A stretch of DNA of 62,684 nt, filler included, from Aduncisulcus paluster (Eukaryota), in assembly GCA_024181965.1 (NCBI GenBank). It is 5 parts of 5 records of this genome, joined end to end, with 100 filler letters (N's around TTAATTAATTAA, not from the genome) between each part and the next. Parts side by side here need not be neighbours in the genome. Positions count along the whole stretch, not along the records: positions 1 to 20,727 come from BQXS01010957.1; 4 more parts are not named here. One strand, 5' to 3'. Position 1 is the stretch's first letter. Each line of letters opens with the position of its first letter. The notes under the pieces were generated by a model that did not search any database, was not told where the DNA came from, and worked only from the letters and a program-made list of their open reading frames with translations. Positions 1-10,630 of this stretch are shown here, piece after piece. The position numbers and the translations under genes are program-made.

Positions 1-3000
1 ATACATGGAAGAGTTTTCACAGTTACAAGAATTATCCGAAAAATCAATGCAATTAACATTTGAAGAAACAAATAAATCAGACAAATCATCTTCATTTACC
101 CCAATACAAATATTGTTATGTGTCAAGTATATTTCAACAATATTGGTCAAGTGATAGAGTGGTGAAGGATCTGATAAAAGGCAATAATTACAATAAAATC
201 TCTGGAGAGCTGGCATGTTAAGACCAGTTAACGTATATATATTATTATTCGACAAAGTTAAAGACGTAATTGAAGTTGAAATGAGTAAATTTTCAACATG
301 ATCCGAAGACAGAGACATTTCATCACTATTCTGCTGAATAACGATGACATTTTCGAGACGCAAAACACTCAAACTTGGTAAATCTGTCAATGAACAATTA
401 GCTCCAGCAGCGGAGAATCCCATAATACCAAGGTAATTATAACTGAGATCGATTGAGGCCAGAATGTTGGCAGAAAGAGAACGAACAAGAATACCAATAT
501 CAGTAAATTGTGTATGATCAAGTGCAATCGAAGTTAATTGTTCAAACTCTGTTAAAACATCAAAATGTTCGATATTATCACAAGAGGAAAGATATATTTT
601 TTTGAGTTGACTCTTATAATTCGAGATAAAATCAAGAGAAGAGATGGATGTGCCTGTTAAGTCCAGACATATAATATCGGGGAAAATATCAGGGTTGAAT
701 ATCAGGGAATTTTCGGTGAGATCAGAATTGAAACGAGTCCCAAATTGAGATATTCGAGTGGGGAAAGGAAAAAGTTCGGCCATATCAAAAGTTGCATCAG
801 TCAGATCGCATGTAGAAAATGCTATTATTTCGAGTCCACTTTGATACCCTACACGAAGATTACTTGTTTCATCAGCTTCTATATTAATTTTCCTAGAGAG
901 AAGTTGGATAACTCTAACATTACCAACCCTGTCACTATCTCCTGTTCGAATGCTATGGTTTACGTTGAATGTGAGTGCTGATATGTTGGTAGCAAATTCT
1001 AATCCTTCAATGTTCTCTATGAAAGTGTCGAGTATTTTAATATGTCCATACAATAATCTCAAATCGCTGATATTGATCACGTAATCGGCATCAGAATATG
1101 CGGGTATTCCAGAATAATATGAACTTAGAGTGCTAAGAAGATATGTATTAAGAGATTCATCATGAATAACATGGCATTTTCCATCAATATCATCTCCATA
1201 ACCATCAACACCAGTGACATGTGAACACCGTTTTACGCGATAAAATGAATCATATACTTCATTTTTGAGCAGAGACGGACATGAAGATCCTGTACAAGGT
1301 TCACTGTTACTCGATGCAATGTCACATTGTTGAGTTGAGGAATTTTGACGATCAGATATTAATACTGCAGGAAATAGTTGGCCCAATATCCCACTTCCGC
1401 CAAAATAGGCTTGCATCTCGTCAAGGGATTCAGAGAAACAAATTTTGTTATTTTGGATGGAGAATCTTTCAAGCCAAACCATATGAGCGAGAGGAGAAAT
1501 ATCATAGACATTATTTCCTTCAATATTAACACTCGCTAAGTTAACTAATTCGCTTAGAGGAGAGATATCATTTATCCGATTATTTGAGAAAGAAGATGAT
1601 CCCGAATTAGAGCAATCGAAATTCTCAAGATATTCAAATTCTCTAATTATAGATATTTCTGCCAATACATTGTCAGACACATTGATACTGATTAGCTGAC
1701 CACTTAAAGCACTCAGGCCATCCAAGGAAGTGACATGATTCCCACCAAGACTAATAGATGAAATAGAATTGAAAAGACTCAAACCCTCCAAGTTTGATAT
1801 GTGGCTTTCTTCAAGAATTAAGGGATCATCATAATTACTCATAGCTGTCGATGTGGCATCGCAAAAACCTGAAGATCCTTCAAGAACTTCACAGATTTTA
1901 ATCCTTAACCACGGATCTGGAATGTTGGTTTGATACTCACAATTGGGGCCATAATGATCATCACATTGGCAAGTGGGATATGAATTATCACCTAGAGTAC
2001 ATGACTGAGACGTAGAACAGAGTTCACAGGCTCTATGATACACGCAAACACTAGAATTATCAGAATAATATCCAAACACGCACAATTGTAATAATGACTG
2101 CACGACCCAATAACTATTGTCGTTCAAATTGGAGTCAATGTCCTCGGAAACGGTAATAGATGCGTCGGGAAACCACTCACGAAGCGTTTCAGCAATAGAT
2201 GTATTCATACAAACCGAAGTATTCGAAATATCCAGAGATGAAACATTTGGAAGATGTTGAATTGGATATATATCAACAATATCAGAATTATCACTCAAAT
2301 TAATGTTTGATAGATTCATTAAAAATCTTAAAGGTTTGATATTTTTGATTGAATTGTTGGAAAACACAAGGTTTTCAAGGGAAGTCAAATATTGGATACC
2401 TTTCAGAGAGCTTATGCCAAGACCATCACAATTTAAAGTTGTAAGACTTGAAGATCTCAGTGTAGCTGGTGTAATTTCACTTATTGTACCTTGGTCTTTC
2501 ACGGCATCTTTAAGTTCAGTATCGGGAATTATTTCACAGGTTCCAGCAGTATCCAAAGCAATCGAGATACATTCTATGGCACCAACATTTCCCGAACTAT
2601 CAACTAAATATGGATTGTACAACTCATTTGAGGACAAGGATGGATAACTCGAGGTTGTAAGGTCACAATCGAGGGAATAACTTGAATATCCAGTGCTATC
2701 ACTAAGATCAAAGAAAATATCATCAATATATTCTTCAAAATCTTCGAGAGAATCAGAGAAACACAACTTAATTCCATCGAATTCAAAGACAACAAATGAT
2801 AAATGGAAAAGGGGAGATATATCAAATATCGGATTGTGGCTGATATTTAGATTGCTTAATCCATAAATCACTCCGAGTTGATAAATGTGATGGATGTAAT
2901 TATAACTCAGATCGAGAACAGACAAACTCTCTAATGAGGAGAGAGGTGAAATATCAGAGATAAGATTTGAGGAAAGATTTAACTCCTCTAAGATCGATAA

Positions 3001-6000
3001 TTCCACCAAAGGGGATAAATCTGTAATTTTATGACCAGATAATATTAATACCGTAATGTTTGTTAAATATTGGATACCTTCAAGATCATATAAGGTTTCG
3101 GAGCTGGAATCTATCGCAAAGGTGGTGGAAGATGTGAAATTCATCATTTCAGTTTGAGAAATATCACACAAACTACCAGGAAATTCTTCACCTCTGACAA
3201 AACTGCATATTTCACGGCGCATAACAGGATCTGGAATGGACAATTGGTAGCTTTCAATAGATTGAGGGGAAATATTGAGGGAATCTGAATCTAATAATTG
3301 GAACCGATTTCTAAGAGATTCAAAAAGTCCGAATGGCAAAGCACCAAAGATAATATTTTCACTTATATCAAGAAAAGCGAGCGCAGAATAGATGGGATTG
3401 TTTTCATCCAAGAAATTGAATAGATTATGCACCGTGCGTAAACTATTTCTAGCAAGAGAAAGGCTAACAAGTCTTGAGTGGCTAGTGTAATCGAATAGAT
3501 TGGAAATGGAGGAAATATTACAATTGGCTAGCGACAAAGATAATCCACTGATCTGTGAAGTATTATACACATAACTTCTTGATAGAATCCGAATTACAAG
3601 ATAGTCATGCTCAGATGTAACACTTTCATTAAAATTATACCCATCTAATATCAATCCTGACAAGGCAGTTGCGAGTTCAAGTCCATGCAAGGTTGATATT
3701 TCACTTGAATAAGGTGATAGATCAAGATTTCCCTGCACTAATCTAATTTCAGGAACTTCCATAAAACAATCCTCAATGGAATTATCGTCATAATAAAGCC
3801 GACATAATTCCCGTCTGACAATATAATCATGGATTGCATTGCATCTGTATCCATGTTTCACAGAGAACCATGCACATTTAGCCTCCAAAGATATGGGGTC
3901 GAGGACTTCATTCTGAGTCATTCTAATGGAAACATCAGAGGGACAGATACCAGATGTGTCGACTGATCCCAGCATAGATGTCAATTCAGATGAAGACGTT
4001 GTCAAATTAGGGAATATGCCCATCAAGAAGGAAATAATTTCAGTATTTGACTCCGAATAACAGATCGGATTACCGAATAAGGAAGTCACTCCTCCTGAAA
4101 AGAATAACTCCTCAAGTTCAATATTCTTATATAGAGGGGAGAGATCAAACACATAATTTGTCGAAATATCGATGCTTATCAAGTGATAATAGTTGGAAAG
4201 GGGAGACAAATCAGATATTCCATTATTTGAGAGAATCAAATAAGAAATACCCTCCAAATACTGCATTGGTTTGATATCTGTTATGGAGTTGAGCGAAAGA
4301 TCAATGGAATTTAGAGATGTTAGGTGTTCTATTCCATCCAAAAGGGTGATATGACTATTGGCGGCACTTAATGAGTCATTAGAAACGGATTGAAGCTCAT
4401 TCAATGAGATATTACAGAGACCAGCTCTTGAATATCTATGATAACATAATGCAATTCTCATCCAATCGTCTGGGATATCCACTTCATATTGGCATTGGTT
4501 TCCAAACTTACCATTTCTGCACATACAGTAAGGATATACATCTGAAAAATTATATTTTACACATTTTTTTAGAGGACCACAGTTCGAGCATATGTTATAT
4601 TCATCAAGAAGACATTCACCAACCCCAAGTGTTGCTGATATTTCTTCCATTCCATTTTGATAGTAACCATGCTGGCATTCAATGATACTGCTCGGATTCA
4701 CGTCAGAGGGTTGTCCAACGCAGACCTTGTATTCACCAATCTTATCATCAATGCCGTCACATATAGCTGGAATCTTTTGTTCAAGAGGGATTGAGAGTCC
4801 AGAAAACTCAACATCTGGAAATAGATCTGTGAAGAGAGCCAGCATCTCTTCAGAAAAAAGATCAAGATTGTTGTAAGCAGGTTCCAGATATACTAATGGG
4901 AGCGAAGTGAGTGGAGACATATCGGTAATACTATTATTAGAACATTTAATCGATGTAAGAGTGGGAATAAGGGCAAGGGGTTCAACATTAGAGATGGATT
5001 GATTCGAGATATCGATCTCTTCAAGATTTTGAAAGAATTCAATTCCTTCAAGGGAGGTGACTAAATTATCAGGAATATGAAAGTAGCCATCGGCTGCAGA
5101 ACCACCTGATCCCCCAAATGTAATTGAAGTGAGTTCTCTAAGGTCCTTCAATTGCGAGAGAGTAATTGAAGAAATGTCACCAAAAATATAATCGGATAAA
5201 TTTTCATCGTGGAGAATTCGACATAGACCACTATCAGTTTGTTTAGTTCCAAATGCACACTCAACTCCTCCAATGGAATTTTCTCCCCATAAATAAGGAT
5301 TATATACCATATTATTGATCAGAGTTGTTGGGCAATTTGAATTCCCATCATTTGCACAGCTTGCAGGATCCATAGGACACTGTGGTTCAATGCAGAAATT
5401 GTTCGTAAGATCCCAAAAATTATCGGTCCAGTCTGAAAAAGCAAAGGAATTAGAGTCATGACAAATATTTAAACCATCCATCTTAAGAGTGTTAAAGGAA
5501 CGAGAACGAAAAAGAGGGAAAGGATCATATACTTCGAGTTCTAATGCCGAGAGAGAAAGCGTATCGAAATTAATACCACCAATAGGAGATAAGTCAATAA
5601 TATAATTATTCGGATTGGCTAAATTTTCATCAATTGTCAAATTCACCAAAGAGAAATCTTGTCCACACATACCCTTCAGAGGAGAAATGTTGGAAATCCG
5701 ATTTCCAGATAGGGGTAACGATGTCATGTTCGACAAATGCTGGATTCCTTCAATTGAGAATAAACCTTGTTCAAAAAATGGAGAACTAGACAAATCTGAA
5801 TTAGGAATAGACTTGATATCATCAACACTGAGATCACACAGAAATGGTGTTGAGTTGGCATAAATATAACATAGAATAGCTCTCATGTGGATATCTGGAA
5901 TGTAGGTCTCGTAGTCATTTCCATGGTAATAGATACATAGTTTCTTCTCAGGACTAAAAATAGATAATGAATCGCATTCACATTGCCATGTATTTGTATT

Positions 6001-7407
6001 ACAGGTTCCTCCTGGTCCACACTCTCTTCCTTGATCATCTGATGGACAACGGGAAGTCACACAATTGGTTGAAGGATCCCATCCAGCTCTACATTCAAAT
6101 TCAATTGTTCCATCTGTCTGAAGAACACACATTTTGTTCTCAAGAGCTTTCCCGTAACATACAGAAGTTGTGTCCTTTTTACATGAGGACGTTGAAGAGT
6201 CGTAAACATATCCCAGACGACACTCAAGAGCACCAAAATTATTGCAGACGAAACCAGTTTCAATCAGAGGATCGGATACACACTCGGAAGTTATTATTGA
6301 AGATAAGGATAAGGTAGTAGGAGTATGAGACCAAATATTATAATATTCAGTTGAAAATGAATTGTCCAAATAAGCTAAGTTATCGGTAATCTGAAGAGAA
6401 GAAATGGATGGAAGGAAGAGAAGAGGAGTATAATCGGAAATATATGGCGTAATAAGCGAAATTGAATCTAGATTTGTTGCATATTCAATTCCTTTGAGAG
6501 AATATATTAGAGAAGATTCAGAAATCGTTGTGATCATGCGTAAATCTGGCAAGCTAAGGAAACATCCATCGCTACCACATAAACTATTCCGAAGACTTTC
6601 ATCTTGGATGATTTGACATCTCCCTTGATTGTCTCTCGAAGAGAACCACATACATTCAAGAGAATCCGTCCTATCGTCAAATACTTCATTATTCAAGAGA
6701 CTGGAACATTCAGGGTCAACGCATGAACACTGACTGTTGGGAATCAATTGCCAGGAAGATATATTCGTCGAGCTGTAGATGGAGGAGAAATAACTCTCGA
6801 CCTCTGATGGGGTTTCTGAGAGGATCAAATCAATATGGAGATCGACGCCATTAGATAGACAAAGCATTGAGAGATTAGATAAGCTGAAGAGAGGGGATAT
6901 ATCAGAAAAAGGATTTCCATATAGTGTTAAGATAGAGAGAGAAAAAAGAGAAAAAAGAGGAATAATGGATGTAATCAAATTATTCGATAAGTCAAGAGTA
7001 ATAAGATTGGTTAAGGTTCCAATTGGAGATATATCCTCAATAGAATTGCTGCTAAGGTCCAGAGATGTTATCGATTGTAAATATTCAATTCCAGTCAAAT
7101 CATTAATAGAAAAACCAGATAAATTGAGGGATCCACTTGTAGATGCCATGGTACTCTGAAATAAATCACAAAGCGAGTTTGTAGACAAAATCTCATTACA
7201 GAGCGCGAGGTGAAGATTTTCATCTGGAAAATACACAATTTCATCATTAAATGTAGATATTAAGGGGGAAAATGTGTTTAAAGGTCCTGTATAATCATTA
7301 GATATAACAATAGCATTCGAAAACTGTACAACGATAAAATATAATAAAACAATAAAATAAACATGATAATTAGAATATAAATGATTGCAATAATGCAAAA
7401 TGCTCAT
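1..7407 (-). CDS. Giant internalin-like leucine-rich-repeat / Cys-rich surface protein, >=2469 aa, 3' end runs off the window
   Basis: Hand translation from ATG at 7407 gives MSILHYCNHLYSNYHVYFIVLLYFIVVQFSNA (hydrophobic signal-like), then VYFPDENLHLALC...LTGIEYL. The same frame at the window edge reads DPSPLYHLTNIVEIYLTHNNIC. The ORF track shows no stop-terminated piece in this frame, consistent with one open frame. Same motifs as the 20828-30387 protein. Confidence 0.85.
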   Translation of the reverse strand, partial: MSILHYCNHLYSNYHVYFIVLLYFIVVQFSNAIVISNDYTGPLNTFSPLISTFNDEIVYFPDENLHLALCNEILSTNSLCDLFQSTMASTSGSLNLSGFSINDLTGIEYLQSITSLDLSSNSIEDISPIGTLTNLITLDLSNNLITSIIPLFSLFSLSILTLYGNPFSDISPLFSLSNLSMLCLSNGVDLHIDLILSETPSEVESYFSSIYSSTNISSWQLIPNSQCSCVDPECSSLLNNEVFDDRTDSLECMWFSSRDNQGRCQIIQDESLRNSLCGSDGCFLSLPDLRMITTISESSLIYSLKGIEYATNLDSISLITPYISDYTPLLFLPSISSLQITDNLAYLDNSFSTEYYNIWSHTPTTLSLSSIITSECVSDPLIETGFVCNNFGALECRLGYVYDSSTSSCKKDTTSVCYGKALENKMCVLQTDGTIEFECRAGWDPSTNCVTSRCPSDDQGRECGPGGTCNTNTWQCECDSLSIFSPEKKLCIYYHGNDYETYIPDIHMRAILCYIYANSTPFLCDLSVDDIKSIPNSDLSSSPFFEQGLFSIEGIQHLSNMTSLPLSGNRISNISPLKGMCGQDFSLVNLTIDENLANPNNYIIDLSPIGGINFDTLSLSALELEVYDPFPLFRSRSFNTLKMDGLNICHDSNSFAFSDWTDNFWDLTNNFCIEPQCPMDPASCANDGNSNCPTTLINNMVYNPYLWGENSIGGVECAFGTKQTDSGLCRILHDENLSDYIFGDISSITLSQLKDLRELTSITFGGSGGSAADGYFHIPDNLVTSLEGIEFFQNLEEIDISNQSISNVEPLALIPTLTSIKCSNNSITDMSPLTSLPLVYLEPAYNNLDLFSEEMLALFTDLFPDVEFSGLSIPLEQKIPAICDGIDDKIGEYKVCVGQPSDVNPSSIIECQHGYYQNGMEEISATLGVGECLLDEYNICSNCGPLKKCVKYNFSDVYPYCMCRNGKFGNQCQYEVDIPDDWMRIALCYHRYSRAGLCNISLNELQSVSNDSLSAANSHITLLDGIEHLTSLNSIDLSLNSITDIKPMQYLEGISYLILSNNGISDLSPLSNYYHLISIDISTNYVFDLSPLYKNIELEELFFSGGVTSLFGNPICYSESNTEIISFLMGIFPNLTTSSSELTSMLGSVDTSGICPSDVSIRMTQNEVLDPISLEAKCAWFSVKHGYRCNAIHDYIVRRELCRLYYDDNSIEDCFMEVPEIRLVQGNLDLSPYSSEISTLHGLELATALSGLILDGYNFNESVTSEHDYLVIRILSRSYVYNTSQISGLSLSLANCNISSISNLFDYTSHSRLVSLSLARNSLRTVHNLFNFLDENNPIYSALAFLDISENIIFGALPFGLFESLRNRFQLLDSDSLNISPQSIESYQLSIPDPVMRREICSFVRGEEFPGSLCDISQTEMMNFTSSTTFAIDSSSETLYDLEGIQYLTNITVLILSGHKITDLSPLVELSILEELNLSSNLISDISPLSSLESLSVLDLSYNYIHHIYQLGVIYGLSNLNISHNPIFDISPLFHLSFVVFEFDGIKLCFSDSLEDFEEYIDDIFFDLSDSTGYSSYSLDCDLTTSSYPSLSSNELYNPYLVDSSGNVGAIECISIALDTAGTCEIIPDTELKDAVKDQGTISEITPATLRSSSLTTLNCDGLGISSLKGIQYLTSLENLVFSNNSIKNIKPLRFLMNLSNINLSDNSDIVDIYPIQHLPNVSSLDISNTSVCMNTSIAETLREWFPDASITVSEDIDSNLNDNSYWVVQSLLQLCVFGYYSDNSSVCVYHRACELCSTSQSCTLGDNSYPTCQCDDHYGPNCEYQTNIPDPWLRIKICEVLEGSSGFCDATSTAMSNYDDPLILEESHISNLEGLSLFNSISSISLGGNHVTSLDGLSALSGQLISINVSDNVLAEISIIREFEYLENFDCSNSGSSSFSNNRINDISPLSELVNLASVNIEGNNVYDISPLAHMVWLERFSIQNNKICFSESLDEMQAYFGGSGILGQLFPAVLISDRQNSSTQQCDIASSNSEPCTGSSCPSLLKNEVYDSFYRVKRCSHVTGVDGYGDDIDGKCHVIHDESLNTYLLSTLSSYYSGIPAYSDADYVINISDLRLLYGHIKILDTFIENIEGLEFATNISALTFNVNHSIRTGDSDRVGNVRVIQLLSRKINIEADETSNLRVGYQSGLEIIAFSTCDLTDATFDMAELFPFPTRISQFGTRFNSDLTENSLIFNPDIFPDIICLDLTGTSISSLDFISNYKSQLKKIYLSSCDNIEHFDVLTEFEQLTSIALDHTQFTDIGILVRSLSANILASIDLSYNYLGIMGFSAAGANCSLTDLPSLSVLRLENVIVIQQNSDEMSLSSDHVENLLISTSITSLTLSNNNIYTLTGLNMPALQRFYCNYCLLSDPSPLYHLTNIVEIYLTHNNICIGVNEDDLSDLFVSSNVNCIDFSDNSCNCENSSMY

Positions 7408-7811
7408 TTTGCAAAAAGAATTAATCGCCGATTTCTCTAATATGACAAAAATCAGCGTAATTATCCAAAAGCGCATCCTCATCACTCTCAATGACAAATT
7501 TTCTGTCATAAAAATTGAATTTTGTTGCTTTTTGAGCATGGAATTATAAGAATATTACCGTGATATTGTTTTAGCATTTCCAAATTTTCATAATCCATTT
7601 TGATTGAACTATTAGGTGTCCTCTGTCTATAGAAACATTATTTTTGTTTCTGCACTTATTGTATTCTGTTTAATATCTCTTTTAGGGAAAGTATCATTCT
7701 CATAATCTATCAAGTTGCTATCTTCGGAATAGCGTTTTTTTTTATCACTTTTCTTCCTTATACATTCATATATACCATTATCAATTCCATTTTTGTGATT
7801 TTATATCATAA

Positions 7812-9494
7812 ATGGATAGATTCCGATCATTTTTCGAATTAGACAGTGTTGAACCCAGTCAACAACATATATTGCAACCGCTTCATTGTGGTATATGTTT
7901 TTCTATTGTTTTTCCTGATCCAGTACGCTTGAAATGCGGTCATGTTTTCCATCAAGCTTGTATTGAACCTTGGATTGCAACTCACCGAACTTGTCCCACA
8001 TGTAAGAGTCCTATACAACCTGGAGAATATTATATTGATCGTCTTGCTCTATATTTACTATCTCATGCCCGTTTTCGATGTCGTGTTCCCCTTTGTTCAT
8101 TCATGGGTACAATTGATGAGTCCTTCATTCATATCCAAACTCAGCATTTATGGGATGAGATCCGCCCTTTTATTGATTTTGAAAGTGAATCAATGGCTTG
8201 TAATATTCTTGAGGAATCCTCCCATCCCACATCTCCGTCCCGATCTGACAGACCTCTCACCCCGATTGATGACGGTGAATCGTCAAAGAGTAGTGAAAAT
8301 GATGATCGTAGGTCCGTTTCAGGCATGTCTTTTGAGCATTCACATTCTTGCGCCTCATGTCCAGAACTATTTGCTCGAGGAGAAGATCCTGGGCCTCCTC
8401 CAAAAGAGTCTTCAAGTGTAAATCCTTCGGCTTCAACAATATTAGGTCCTTTTGTGCAAAATAATCCCCAGTTTAGCTCTCCTATCTCGTCAATTCAACC
8501 GTCACCCATCCAATACTTACTGGCTGAAAAAAGCACGGATGATGAGCTCCACTGCTCTGAATTTATTATATCTGATGAAACCACTTGGATGGACGGCGAT
8601 GGAGGGCCTGTTTTGACTTCAATTTCACCCCATCTTGGAGAAATTATTACTTTTCCGGCAAACCCAAGCTCCAACCCTTTCTCAAACCCTGACTTCCCCT
8701 CCTCTGTTAACGATGGTCAGGATGGTATTTCTACAAATGGGGATGATATTCATTCCTATTTTGGTGAGTTTCCCTCTTTTGCAGCCGCTGGAAGACGTTT
8801 TTGTGAGGAGCATGGAATTGAGGAATCCTCGATGTGGCGCATTGATTCTGGTGTCAACAAAGCCAGTGAAGAGATTTGTGACTTTTCTCGGCATGATTTT
8901 GACCCAATACAGACAAATCTATCTGCTTCCGAGGAGCAATCTCAGATTTCTGAGCGAGATCTCTTTTCTTCCGACTATGACGTGTGTATTCTTCCATTCT
9001 CTGCCCTTCGTAGGAGTAGCAAAGGTGGTCTCTCTACTTCCACTCAGGATGAGGTTGACCATGGATCTGGAGGGATTGATTCCTCAACTGTTCCATTCCA
9101 CTGTGTGTCGTCAGACTCCCGAGAGATGTCTCCGCCACTTAAACGTAATCCACATTGTATATCCCAGCCCCCTAACGACCATGGGAGCATGAATGAGAGT
9201 TTTGTGTCCCTGTCTGCGAGCCATAACTCTGACAGTTATGAATATGATGCTCATCCGAGGGTCGATGTTGCAGGATCTATTCAGCTCTCAAAGGATTTCC
9301 CTATCATATGCAGTGAATACGAATCCCACTCGGAGCGATCCTCATCCCATTCACACACAATGGGGTCACACTCTCCTTGCAATCCTCCCAGCCATCCCGG
9401 TGGTTCTGTGTCTACATCAAGTCGATCGATTGATGACCACTCGGGCAGTGTCAATAATCCTAAAGGTCAATCCGGAAATCCAGAAGATAAATAG
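7812..9494 (+). CDS. RING-H2 zinc-finger protein (putative E3 ligase) with adjacent C2H2-like finger and long Ser/Pro/Asp-rich disordered tail
   Basis: CGIC...CGHVFHQAC...CPTC matches C3H2C3 spacing, followed by CRVPLC...HIQTQH. 560-aa ORF. Confidence 0.85.
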   Translation: MDRFRSFFELDSVEPSQQHILQPLHCGICFSIVFPDPVRLKCGHVFHQACIEPWIATHRTCPTCKSPIQPGEYYIDRLALYLLSHARFRCRVPLCSFMGTIDESFIHIQTQHLWDEIRPFIDFESESMACNILEESSHPTSPSRSDRPLTPIDDGESSKSSENDDRRSVSGMSFEHSHSCASCPELFARGEDPGPPPKESSSVNPSASTILGPFVQNNPQFSSPISSIQPSPIQYLLAEKSTDDELHCSEFIISDETTWMDGDGGPVLTSISPHLGEIITFPANPSSNPFSNPDFPSSVNDGQDGISTNGDDIHSYFGEFPSFAAAGRRFCEEHGIEESSMWRIDSGVNKASEEICDFSRHDFDPIQTNLSASEEQSQISERDLFSSDYDVCILPFSALRRSSKGGLSTSTQDEVDHGSGGIDSSTVPFHCVSSDSREMSPPLKRNPHCISQPPNDHGSMNESFVSLSASHNSDSYEYDAHPRVDVAGSIQLSKDFPIICSEYESHSERSSSHSHTMGSHSPCNPPSHPGGSVSTSSRSIDDHSGSVNNPKGQSGNPEDK

Positions 9495-9778
9495 TCTCTA
9501 TTTAAAATCTAAATATTAATCATATATTAACATAATTTAATCTCATTGATTAAATTTTTTATATATTTTTACAAGTTAATTTTTTTTTTTTTTATCATTT
9601 ACTATTATTCTTTGTTCATATGCTCGCTTTTTCTATGCTTATTATTGAGTACAGTATCTTATGGTTAATTTAAATACTATACCATACTATTTATACAGTA
9701 CAAGACAACTTTTTTTCTTTGTGTTCCTATTTCCACTCTATGTTTTTTCCACTGTCAATCGGACAATTATCTATGATG

Positions 9779-9812
9779 CAGTATATAGTATATAGTACAG
9801 TATATAGTATAC
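9779..9812. repeat. Short (AGTATAT/AGTAC) microsatellite
   Basis: CAGTATATAGTATATAGTACAGTATATAGTATAC read directly. Confidence 0.7.
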
Positions 9813-10630
9813 ATCATTGAGATGGAAATATTCTCGGGACTCTCTTTCCAGCATTAATAATATGTTTTTTTTTTTTTCTTTTCTAATTCCTTTTTATTAC
9901 TAATCGTTCTCATCTTTTTTGTTTTGTTTTTTTGTTTTGCCAGATTTTCTTCTTATTATTTTCTCTATTTCCATACTAACCTATTGTGGCTAATTTTATG
10001 TAATTTATATGGTTTCATATAACATTACTCTTCTGTCTGATTTAGCATATTGTGATTCTTTCCCTTTCAAATGTTTCCTTGCTGTTTCTTACCTCCAAAG
10101 GGCGAATACTATATCTGAACATTTTATATTATATTATTTTATTATTACAAGACTTCATGTGTTTATTTCACTTGCAATGTGACTAAAAAAAAAATTTACT
10201 TTATTTTGGTTTCATATCATGGCCTCGGGCTCGTAAATTATGATAGATATTCATATATCTGTCTAGATATTGCATGTAATTGATTCGGGATGGATAATTT
10301 TGTCAGTTTTTTCTTCTGTTGTGACAACAGTGTTGTTGAAGCTGGAATAAAACAAGTGTCAAATAATAGTCCTTATAATCATCGATATTCTTCATCAATA
10401 CGGTTAAATTGTGCGTTTCGATTTGAAAATTTGTGTTGAACTGCCCTTCTTGAAGAAGAGCAAAAAATTCCATGCTCGATCTTAAGGAATATGGAAATAA
10501 AATTATGATTATAATTATAATATTTCCATTATATGGGTTATAATGAAAATATTAATTATGAAAATCTTAGTTACTATGTTAAATCTTGGTGAGGAGCATT
10601 TGTTCAAGTTTTTGGCCACAAAAACTGAAA

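Noticed and set aside
10324-10458. Isolated 1-nt-spacer palindromes ACAACA-G-TGTTGT and CTTCTT-G-AAGAAG
   Set aside because: Single 6-bp cases are expected many times by chance in 62 kb; only clusters were reported.
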